Positions 1 to 8,000 of a stretch of 64,000 nucleotides of DNA are shown piece after piece. The stretch covers positions 3,243-67,242 of the forward strand of contig JAERTG010000114.1 of assembly GCA_016845065.1 (NCBI GenBank). Direction: 5' to 3'. This DNA is from Fidelibacterota bacterium. GTDB lineage: Bacteria > Fidelibacterota > UBA8477 > JABMPR01. The translations under genes were made by a program, and so were the position numbers. The notes below the pieces were generated by a model. That model was not told the origin of the DNA, searched no databases, and saw nothing but the letters and a program-made list of their open reading frames with translations. Within the stretch, counting starts at the first letter, position 1, and each line of letters starts with the position of its first letter.

Positions 1-212
1 TGCCGGATAGTCATCAGTTGGATATCAGTTTGTCACGCTCATTTGAGACGGACTACTGGAATTGGGATGCTGGTCTCTCGATCTACAATGTGCTCAACCA
101 CTCCAACGTGATTTACAGAGACTATGACCTGGATGTGAGTCCCATTGTCATCTCGGATGTAACGTCCCTGGGTATTACACCCACTTTATTCATCAAAGCA
201 AATATCAAGTAG
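1..212 (+). CDS. outer-membrane beta-barrel protein, C-terminal fragment (TonB-dependent-receptor-like), open to the window edge
   Basis: The frame is open from nt 3 to the stop at 210-212. A DUF4249-like lipoprotein gene follows 8 nt later, a pairing typical of TonB-dependent receptor loci in FCB bacteria. No diagnostic motif is visible in this short fragment. Confidence 0.4.
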   Translation, partial: PDSHQLDISLSRSFETDYWNWDAGLSIYNVLNHSNVIYRDYDLDVSPIVISDVTSLGITPTLFIKANIK

Positions 213-219
213 GTTTATT

Positions 220-1041
220 ATGAGAAGTAAATTTTTAGTGATCATTTCGACAATCTTATTCATTATCAGTTGCACAGATGAATCAACACCCCTGATCCCC
301 GAAGAGGAACTCCTGGCTGTCTGGGCTTATGTTTATGCTGATGAGGATTTGGATGATATCAAACTGACATCCACCATATCCCTTGACTCAGATTTGGAAG
401 AAGCACCACTGGTATCAGGTGCCTCTGTCATCGTTACTACTGATTCGGCTGCGTATATCTGCATTGAGGATACATCGAACCCTGGTAATTATTTTTACCC
501 TGGGGAGGATTTTTCAGCCAAGGCAGGTGATCAAGTTGAATTGTCCATCAGTACGGGGAGTGGGGATGTGTACGCAACGACAATTGTTCCACCCAGACCG
601 GATGGAGTGAGTATTAATGTTAATACTATGACTTTACCAGCATTTGGTGACCGAGCTAGTATGATGGAATGGCGAGAGAATGCTGAGGATGTTGAGGTTA
701 GCTGGACAGCTGAAGCTGAAGCCTGGTACTATGTAGTGCTTGAATGCATTGAATCAAATCCAGTGGAAATTGATACCTGGAATATGGGTCAAAGACCTGC
801 TCAACACAGGATTTTTCCACCTGTCCAGGATGACCATTATCGAGTTAGGTTCCCACTTTTTGAATATTTGGGTACACATCGACTCAGTGTCTATCGCGTA
901 AACCAGGAATATGTTGACCTATATGAGTATCGTGAGCAAGATTCACGGGACTTGCAGGAACCCCTCACCAACATTGAGGGTGGTCTGGGCATCTTTTCAG
1001 CCTTTAATAGTGATTACGTGACGCTTGAGGTAAGCTACTAA
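220..1041 (+). CDS. DUF4249-like lipoprotein
   Basis: Signal peptide with a lipobox-like FIISC. The C-terminal NIEGGLGIFSAFN motif resembles the conserved G-x-G-I-F-G/S end of the DUF4249 family. Confidence 0.55.
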   Translation: MRSKFLVIISTILFIISCTDESTPLIPEEELLAVWAYVYADEDLDDIKLTSTISLDSDLEEAPLVSGASVIVTTDSAAYICIEDTSNPGNYFYPGEDFSAKAGDQVELSISTGSGDVYATTIVPPRPDGVSINVNTMTLPAFGDRASMMEWRENAEDVEVSWTAEAEAWYYVVLECIESNPVEIDTWNMGQRPAQHRIFPPVQDDHYRVRFPLFEYLGTHRLSVYRVNQEYVDLYEYREQDSRDLQEPLTNIEGGLGIFSAFNSDYVTLEVSY

Positions 1042-1162
1042 TGCGCATATTTCGCTCCGCTGCTTGATGGTGCAAAACAGGCGAGGGATAGGCACGAATC
1101 TGGCATTTTTAGCATCATAAAGTACCATGACTTTTAGATATTATTGCGCTTATAAACACTCG

Positions 1163-1518
1163 TGGAGGCGGGGAGAATCGAACTCCCGTCCGAAACGCAA
1201 AGCCGATCAGCGTCTACATGTTTATTCCGAACTTTAAATTCACCGCTACAGCCCTTCCGGACTAGGTCTTATAACGACTATTCAACTAAGTTTAAGATTC
1301 CCATCGCTGACGAATGAGTCTCCGATCCCATTTTAGCGACGCTCCAGACCCTGCCAATGGGCAAGAGCAGAGAAGGAACGAGCTGCTATTTAATTAAGCA
1401 GCTAGTGCGTAGTTAGATTCGCCATTTATAATAGGCGTCCAATTTTTTAAAGTGATGTTGGGAAAACACTACATGCAGCCAATGGTCTTCGTCATCCCGT
1501 CGAAACCAGGTCGCCCCC
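1163..1518 (-). ncRNA. ssrA: tmRNA (SsrA)
   Basis: The minus-strand 5' end GGGGGCGACCTGGTTTCGACGGGA is the acceptor/tRNA-like start. The 3' end is ...CGGGAGTTCGATTCTCCCCGCCTCCA (T-arm, acceptor, CCA). The internal tag ORF GGC GAA TCT AAC TAC GCA CTA GCT GCT TAA encodes GESNYALAA*. Confidence 0.93.
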
Positions 1519-1751
1519 ATTTTCAATTAGCGAATTCAATAAACAACAGAATTTGTCATAATACCAGTAAAATGTATCAATTATGCTCATGAGTATCGAA
1601 TACATGGTAAAAGGTTTCAAGCAAATTAATTCGTTATAATCCTTTGGGTGCATGGCGCTCTGATTCCTTCTATCTTATTCCCTGATAATCCCCAGGGGTT
1701 GGGGACGTGACAAGCCGCCTGTCATGATCAGTTCAAACTATGGTTTTATAA

Positions 1752-3656
1752 ATGGAGTATACCATGCAAACGCTAAATCGAACCGGCAGTTTATTATTAT
1801 TGCTACTTATCTCAACACAGGCACTTGTTGCAGCACCCAAAGATCGCTCTACCATTGATGCCAAACACCAGTGGGCTCTCACAGATATCTATGAAGATTG
1901 GGACGCCTGGGAAGCGGATCTCCAAAAGCTGGAATCCCTCATGGATGGTTACGCGGAGCTGCAAGGCACATTGGGAGACGGACCCCAGAATTTACTCAAG
2001 GCTTACACCATGCGGGAAGAGCTCGGTCTAATCGCAGATCGCGTTCAAACATATGCTGGGTTGGTTCGGGCACTTGATAATCGAGACAATGAGGTCTATG
2101 CGAAACTGAAGCAGGTTGGTATACTGTTTTCAAGATTTGGAACGGCAACCTCCTGGTTCGCTCCAGAAATGGTCAGTATCGAATGGTCAAATGTAGAAAC
2201 CTGGTTGGTTGAAACTCCTGGTCTGGATAACTATCGCTTCGCCATCGAGGATCTCTACCGCCAACAGGAACATGTCCTGGACGAAAAAAGTGAGCGCCTA
2301 CTCTCCTATTTTGGTCCCTTAAGCGGTACACCCGGAACCGTCTACAACCAACTTTCGACAGCTGATATAAAATTTGGTACTATCACTTTATCCACCGGTG
2401 AAGAAGTGCAGATATCTGAAGGTGAAGCAGGTCGCATATTCTCAACATCCCGGAGTCACGAAGACCGTAAAGCTGCTTTCCTGGAGCGTAACGGTACTTA
2501 CAACGATAATATCAATACTTACGCTGCATCCTATGATGGGATATGTCAGCGGGATTGGGCCTATGCTCAGGCTCGCAATTATGGGTCTACTCTGGAACGA
2601 ACTCTAGGAAACAACAATATTCCAGTAGAGGTTTATTTGAATCTATTGGAACAAGGTCGTGCTGGCGTAGAACCCCTGCAACGCTATCACAAATTACGCA
2701 GGGCAGCCTTAAAGCTTGATGAATATGATGGCTACGATTCATCTATTCCCGTCATCGATTTTGATAAAGATTATGACTATGACGGCGTGGCCAAAATGGT
2801 TCAGAAATCCGTGAAACCACTAGGTAAGAGTTATACTAAAAAGCAGGTCGAAGCTTTTTCACCAGGTTGGGTAGATGTGTACGAAACTCCTGGTAAGACC
2901 ACTGGAGCATTCTCTGCAGGACTTTATGGTGTACACCCCTTTATGCTACTGAATTACACGAATACCCTATCTGATGTTTTCACCCTGGCCCATGAAATGG
3001 GACATACTGTCCATACCATGTTCGCCAATGAAACTCAAACCTTCTCCAATTCTGGCTATACACTTTTTGTTGCCGAAGTCGCCTCCACCATGGCTGAAGC
3101 CCACCTATTAGAGTATATGCTTGATAATAGTAAGGATCCGAAGGAACGGCTTGTACTCCTTAGTCATGCCATCGATAACATTGCAGGCACTTTTTATACT
3201 CAGGTCATGTTTGCTGATTATGAATATCAGGTTCACAAGCTTGTTGAAGACGGGAAACCGATTACTGCGGATGTCCTCAACGATGTGTACCACGAAGTCC
3301 TGGTAGCCTATTATGGAGACTCTATGGAAAATCATGAGCTCTATGATGTTACCTGGGCACGCATCCCTCATTTTTCTTCTGTTCCATACTATGTGTATCA
3401 GTATGCTACCAGCTATGCTGCGTCCGCTTCCCTGTTCAAGCAAATGAATGAAGGGCCCAGAAAATCGAAGAAGCAAGCAAGAACAAATTACATCAATTTA
3501 TTGAAATCAGGTGGAAGCGATTACCCCGTTGAACAGCTGAAAAAGGCCGGTGTGGATATGACTGAACCTGAAGCTGTTCAGGCAGTCATCGCCAGTATGG
3601 ATGATCTAGTGAGTCGCTATGAGAAAGAACTTCAAAAATTGGATCTTATTGACTGA
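1752..3656 (+). CDS. pepF: M3B oligoendopeptidase F family metallopeptidase, with N-terminal signal peptide
   Basis: HEMGH zinc motif (LAHEMGHTVH) and PepF-like length and architecture. The hydrophobic N-terminus is LLLLLLISTQALVAAP. The start could be the ATG at 1752 or at 1764. Confidence 0.88.
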   Translation: MEYTMQTLNRTGSLLLLLLISTQALVAAPKDRSTIDAKHQWALTDIYEDWDAWEADLQKLESLMDGYAELQGTLGDGPQNLLKAYTMREELGLIADRVQTYAGLVRALDNRDNEVYAKLKQVGILFSRFGTATSWFAPEMVSIEWSNVETWLVETPGLDNYRFAIEDLYRQQEHVLDEKSERLLSYFGPLSGTPGTVYNQLSTADIKFGTITLSTGEEVQISEGEAGRIFSTSRSHEDRKAAFLERNGTYNDNINTYAASYDGICQRDWAYAQARNYGSTLERTLGNNNIPVEVYLNLLEQGRAGVEPLQRYHKLRRAALKLDEYDGYDSSIPVIDFDKDYDYDGVAKMVQKSVKPLGKSYTKKQVEAFSPGWVDVYETPGKTTGAFSAGLYGVHPFMLLNYTNTLSDVFTLAHEMGHTVHTMFANETQTFSNSGYTLFVAEVASTMAEAHLLEYMLDNSKDPKERLVLLSHAIDNIAGTFYTQVMFADYEYQVHKLVEDGKPITADVLNDVYHEVLVAYYGDSMENHELYDVTWARIPHFSSVPYYVYQYATSYAASASLFKQMNEGPRKSKKQARTNYINLLKSGGSDYPVEQLKKAGVDMTEPEAVQAVIASMDDLVSRYEKELQKLDLID

Positions 3657-3701
3657 CCCATGCAGATCATTCAGTCGATGTAATACAATCTCTACGCCTT
3701 G

Positions 3702-3753
3702 AATAGTTTAGAAGGCTATTCGCATTCTCTACTGAGTAGTCTTCTAAACTATT
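3702..3753. repeat. 13-bp perfect inverted repeat (AATAGTTTAGAAG ... CTTCTAAACTATT) with a 26-nt spacer
   Basis: Read directly. It lies 46 nt downstream of the pepF stop. No U-tract follows (TCTTCCCCC), so it is not a canonical intrinsic terminator. Confidence 0.6.
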
Positions 3754-3973
3754 TCTTCCCCCAAACAGACCAATAGGGGTCCCTATAACCACTAAAAACA
3801 ATTATTGTTGACATCATCAGGGGTTATGTCGTATATATGTGACATAATTTCAAAACCCATATATAAAAATATTCGCTGTAAATAATTATATATTATGGGG
3901 ATAACTCATATCGGAAATTTAGGCGTGTTTTTTGCGAATTGGGTAGTATCTAGTTTTCTCGGAGAGGAGAGGA

Positions 3974-4405
3974 TTGCTAAGTAATCGTAACAGAGGAAGA
4001 GACGGCTTCTCGCTGGTTGAGCTTATGATCGTCATTGTGATCATAGCCGTGTTGGCTGGTGCTGCAGTTCCTATCTATCAACACAATCTTGAAGTGGCTA
4101 AGCGGGCTGAGGCTGTCGCTGGAATTGGTACGGTTCGTAAACAGCTTCGAATGTATTATGGCACTACGGGTACTTATCCCATAAGCGATAAATATAGAAA
4201 AGTGATAGGTCAGGACTGGAATGATATCAATTCTGGTGAATTGACTGGCAAGTATTTTAAAGATAACAATTACAGATATCGCAGTTACGATGGAATTGAA
4301 TGGCGAATTAAATGCAACAAAAATAGAGTTTTATCTAAATCACTCTGGTTAAATCAAGATGGATATTGGAAGTTTGATGATGAAGAGCCAGATGTGGAAG
4401 ATTAG
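3974..4405 (+). CDS. prepilin-type N-terminal cleavage/methylation domain protein (type IV pilin / pseudopilin-like)
   Basis: G|FSLVELMIVIVIIAVLAGAAVPIY matches the class III signal and hydrophobic helix of pilins. TTG start preceded by the strong SD GGAGAGGAGAGG. Confidence 0.8.
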   Translation: MLSNRNRGRDGFSLVELMIVIVIIAVLAGAAVPIYQHNLEVAKRAEAVAGIGTVRKQLRMYYGTTGTYPISDKYRKVIGQDWNDINSGELTGKYFKDNNYRYRSYDGIEWRIKCNKNRVLSKSLWLNQDGYWKFDDEEPDVED

Positions 4406-4420
4406 GATGAGAGACAAGAT

Positions 4421-4828
4421 CTAGTAAAACGCTGATAGCGATATATTCAATTCCCCATCCTCTTTTCCATAATTGTATTTGTATCCAAGTACTTCATCAT
4501 GACCCTCATCGTATTTTCCATTTCCTTCACGATCATGATAAATAAAAGCAGTATAATGATCTGAATTGCTGGTGGCAATTGTGAAACAGTAACACTGGTT
4601 GACTCCAGGGAGCACTTCTACCGTAGCCAATATGTCAGAATCAAAACCCGATTCTGAATCCCACTGCCCAAGCATAATACTCAGGTAGACTGAATCTGAT
4701 TTGCTCACGTGGGGATCATCATTCCAGAGCACTCCAACCTTAATAGCTAGATGGGTTTCACATGAACATAGAATCAGCAACAAGATGGTAAAGGGGAGCA
4801 GGAATTTTCTGTAAATTTTGAATTTCAC
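4421..4828 (-). CDS. small lipoprotein, possibly DUF2141-like beta-sandwich
   Basis: Signal peptide with LILCSC. The segment YTAFIYHDREGNGKYDEGHDEVLGY resembles the hDxNGNGKhD motif of DUF2141 proteins. Confidence 0.45.
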   Translation of the reverse strand: MKFKIYRKFLLPFTILLLILCSCETHLAIKVGVLWNDDPHVSKSDSVYLSIMLGQWDSESGFDSDILATVEVLPGVNQCYCFTIATSNSDHYTAFIYHDREGNGKYDEGHDEVLGYKYNYGKEDGELNISLSAFY

Positions 4829-4902
4829 AATAATTCCTACCTTAGAAATGGAATATCCCCCAGAAGCCAGGTAATCGACTGCGCTTCATTCATGATCTTA
4901 AA

Positions 4903-4938
4903 ATAAAAAACCCTGCCGAAAGTGGCAGGGTTTTATTT
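4903..4938 (-). terminator. rho-independent terminator of the nuo operon (usable in both directions)
   Basis: Stem CCCTGCC/GGCAGGG (4911-4917 / 4924-4930) with a 6-nt loop. It is flanked by an A-run upstream and a T-run downstream, and lies directly after the nuoN stop on the minus strand. Confidence 0.8.
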
Positions 4939-4954
4939 AAATGAGTGTTAATGC

Positions 4955-6451
4955 TTAATTAATAAAAAATTGTACTGCATCCTGAGCAAAGGCGGATAAA
5001 GGATCGCCCAGCATCCAGGCAAACAGCAACGGTAACGCTAATATGCTAAGAAGTGCAGTAATGTTATGCGGTGCATGATGAACAGAGTCTGGCAATTCGA
5101 TTTTTCCAAAGTACATCGCCTTCACAACACGCATATAATAGTACAGTGAAATCACGCCATTAATCAACCCAATCATGGCCAGCCAGAAGTACATATCTCC
5201 GTATTCAATCAAAGCACGAAAAATGTAGAATTTAGCGACAAAACCACCAGTTGGTGGCAAACCAGTCAGTGAGAACATAAAAATAGCCATGATCACACCA
5301 AGAACTGGAGCTTTATATCCGAGAGCCTTGTAGTCTTCGATCTCTTCTGTATCGAATTCATTTTTAATATGGATGGCGACAAAGAAAGCACCCAGATTCA
5401 TCAACATATAGACTGCCGCGTAGTATAAGACGGCGGCAATACCGGTCTGATCAGCGACCACCACGCCCAACAGCATATAACCTGCATGGGCAATACTTGA
5501 ATATGCCAGCATGCGCTTAATGTTTGACTGCTGCAGGGCAATTACATTTCCTACAGTCATAGAGAGAATCGCCAAAACACCCATGACTGCCTGCCAATCC
5601 ATGTTACTCAGAGCGGCCCAGGCTTCCATATTAGGATTGCCTGCACTTGAAAGTGCTACGTTAAAGAATCGGATGATAATGGCGAAACCAGCAGCTTTGG
5701 GAGCAACTGAGAGAAAGGCTGTAATAGGAGCAGGGGCTCCTTCATACACATCTGGTGTCCAAAAGTGGAATGGCACAGCAGCAATCTTGTAGCCAAAACC
5801 TACCAGGATCATCACCAGGATGACCATCATGAGAGCCGGTGATACAGTTCCTGCTGAGAGTGCAGCCTGGATTTCAAATATATCAGCGCTTCCAGTGAGA
5901 CCATATAACAAAGAGAATCCATAAAGTAGGATTCCAGAACTAAAGGCACCAAATACAACATATTTGATGGAAGCCTCGTTTGAACGCATCTGCTCCTTCA
6001 GATATCCTGAAAGGAGATAACTCATAATACTGACCATCTCCAGAGAAATGTATATACTAAGTAAGTGGGTCGCCGAGACCAGGAAGTACATACCCAAAAC
6101 CAGAGTGAGTAAAAGGGTATAGTATTCCCCTACCCTCCGATTCTTTAGCTCATTGGAGTTAAAGGACATCCACATCACCAGAATGGTCCCCACGGTCACC
6201 AATATCTTGAGGAAATTTCCAAAGGGGTCCACAGCCAGCATATTTGTAAATATTCCCACCGGAGTTGACACATCCTGACCGAGAAGGGCAATGGTAACCA
6301 GTATCAATCCACCCAGGGCAACAAAACCAGATCGAATAGAACTATCTGCTTTTTGGAACAGGTCGAACAATATGACGAGGAGCAATATCCCAGTGAGTAT
6401 CATCTCAGGAATGAAATAGGAAAGATCCGTCATGATTTGATTAAGATTCAT
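4955..6451 (-). CDS. nuoN: NADH-quinone oxidoreductase subunit N
   Basis: Polytopic antiporter-like protein. It is the last gene in the conserved nuo order after nuoM. AGGA SD upstream. Confidence 0.9.
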   Translation of the reverse strand: MNLNQIMTDLSYFIPEMILTGILLLVILFDLFQKADSSIRSGFVALGGLILVTIALLGQDVSTPVGIFTNMLAVDPFGNFLKILVTVGTILVMWMSFNSNELKNRRVGEYYTLLLTLVLGMYFLVSATHLLSIYISLEMVSIMSYLLSGYLKEQMRSNEASIKYVVFGAFSSGILLYGFSLLYGLTGSADIFEIQAALSAGTVSPALMMVILVMILVGFGYKIAAVPFHFWTPDVYEGAPAPITAFLSVAPKAAGFAIIIRFFNVALSSAGNPNMEAWAALSNMDWQAVMGVLAILSMTVGNVIALQQSNIKRMLAYSSIAHAGYMLLGVVVADQTGIAAVLYYAAVYMLMNLGAFFVAIHIKNEFDTEEIEDYKALGYKAPVLGVIMAIFMFSLTGLPPTGGFVAKFYIFRALIEYGDMYFWLAMIGLINGVISLYYYMRVVKAMYFGKIELPDSVHHAPHNITALLSILALPLLFAWMLGDPLSAFAQDAVQFFIN

Positions 6452-6468
6452 AAGAATATCCTATTTGA

Positions 6469-7977
6469 TTACAGACCAGCTACCATTCCAGCAGTTTTGA
6501 CAGCTTCAACTAGGTGATTCAAGGTGCTGCTCATCAAATTCAACATGGGTGTGGGATAGACACCGAGGAAGAAAGTGAGTATCGCCAGCGGGATGAGAGC
6601 AAACAATTCACGATTATTGATCTCTTCCAAATTCTCGTATTTGCTATTGAGTTCACCCATGAATATCCTCTGATAGGCCCATAGGAAGTATCCTGCGTTC
6701 AACACGATACCGATGGTTGCAAAAATAGTGATCCAGGTAAAGACTGGGAATGCACCAATAAAACAGAGTGCTTCTGAAATAAATCCAGAGAAACCAGGCA
6801 ATCCAAGACCGGCAAAGAAGGCCATGGCTGTCACACCAGCGTAGATTGGGACAACCTTGGCAATGCCACCAAAACCTTCAATATCACGATGATGCGCCCT
6901 ATCGTAGACCACACCAACCAACATAAAGAGCATGGCTGAGATCGTCCCGTGATTAAACATCTGGAATACCGCACCATTCATACCTGCTGGTGTAAGGGCG
7001 GCCATACCCAACAATACAAATCCCATATGAGAAACTGAGGAATAGGCCACCATCTTCTTCAGGTCCCTCTGAGCCAATGCCGCCATAGCGCCGTAAATGA
7101 CGTTTATAAGGCCGAGTATGGCCAGCGGCAGGGCGAACCATAGGGTCGCATCTTTAAGAACAGGAAAGCTAATTCTCAGGAATCCATAGGTTCCCATTTT
7201 CAGCAGGACACCGGCAAGAATAACTGAGATAGCCGTTGGTGCTTCTACGTGGGCCAGAGGTAACCAGGTATGGAAAGGAAAAATGGGCACTTTGATGGCA
7301 AAACCAATAAAGAGCAGGATAAATATCACCTTCCCGGCATTCATCCCCAACAGAATCGCATTACCAAACTGTGAAGAGTGTTCGGCTAGAATCAACATGT
7401 TAAATGTATGGGGCTCTGAAATGAAGTAGAGAGCCAACATACCCAGCAAGAGTAGTACTGATCCGAATAGTGTGTATAAGAAAAATTTGATGGCAGCGTA
7501 TTCACGTTGTGGTCCACCCCAGATACCAATGAGGAAATACATTGGTAGCAGCATGACTTCCCAGAAAATGTAGAACAGGAAGAAATCCAGGGATGAGAAA
7601 ACACCCATCATTCCTGCATCCAGCAACAGGAAGAGAGCGAAATAACCCTTTTGGGCTTTTTCAATGTTCCACGATGTGAAAACAGCGAGGAAACTTAAAA
7701 GAGCTGTTAATAGAATCATGGGAGCGCTTAGACCATCAATTCCCATAAAATATTCAATGTTAAAGGACGGAATCCAGGCATAATGCTCCTGGAGCTGTAC
7801 TTCAGAACTTGAGAAATCGAAGATATAAAGAATCCAGATTGCCAGAATAAGCTGGATTCCAGTAATTGCTGCTGAACCCCAGCGGATAATGTCCAACTTT
7901 TCCTTGGGGATCAGGGCAATAATCACCGCTCCAAATACTGGCAGGAAGGTTACAATGCTTAGTAAATGATTTTCCAT
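6469..7977 (-). CDS. nuoM: NADH-quinone oxidoreductase subunit M
   Basis: Antiporter-like subunit with conserved segments such as HVEAPTA and AYSSVSHMG. GAAGGAG SD upstream. Confidence 0.92.
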   Translation of the reverse strand: MENHLLSIVTFLPVFGAVIIALIPKEKLDIIRWGSAAITGIQLILAIWILYIFDFSSSEVQLQEHYAWIPSFNIEYFMGIDGLSAPMILLTALLSFLAVFTSWNIEKAQKGYFALFLLLDAGMMGVFSSLDFFLFYIFWEVMLLPMYFLIGIWGGPQREYAAIKFFLYTLFGSVLLLLGMLALYFISEPHTFNMLILAEHSSQFGNAILLGMNAGKVIFILLFIGFAIKVPIFPFHTWLPLAHVEAPTAISVILAGVLLKMGTYGFLRISFPVLKDATLWFALPLAILGLINVIYGAMAALAQRDLKKMVAYSSVSHMGFVLLGMAALTPAGMNGAVFQMFNHGTISAMLFMLVGVVYDRAHHRDIEGFGGIAKVVPIYAGVTAMAFFAGLGLPGFSGFISEALCFIGAFPVFTWITIFATIGIVLNAGYFLWAYQRIFMGELNSKYENLEEINNRELFALIPLAILTFFLGVYPTPMLNLMSSTLNHLVEAVKTAGMVAGL

Positions 7978-8000
7978 GGTGTTAATCGACTCCTTCGGTC

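Noticed and set aside
1042-1751. A possible genomic island or prophage remnant at the tmRNA 3' end
   Set aside because: There is no integrase, no duplicated ssrA 3' segment and no compositional break. Conventional genes flank the tmRNA directly.
3108-3476. 122-aa antisense ORF within pepF. Similar antisense ORFs occur at 31378-31806, 33186-33623, 41658-42104, 45427-45810 and 49526-49882.
   Set aside because: All are antisense to well-supported genes, lack motifs and ribosome-binding sites, and have odd compositions.
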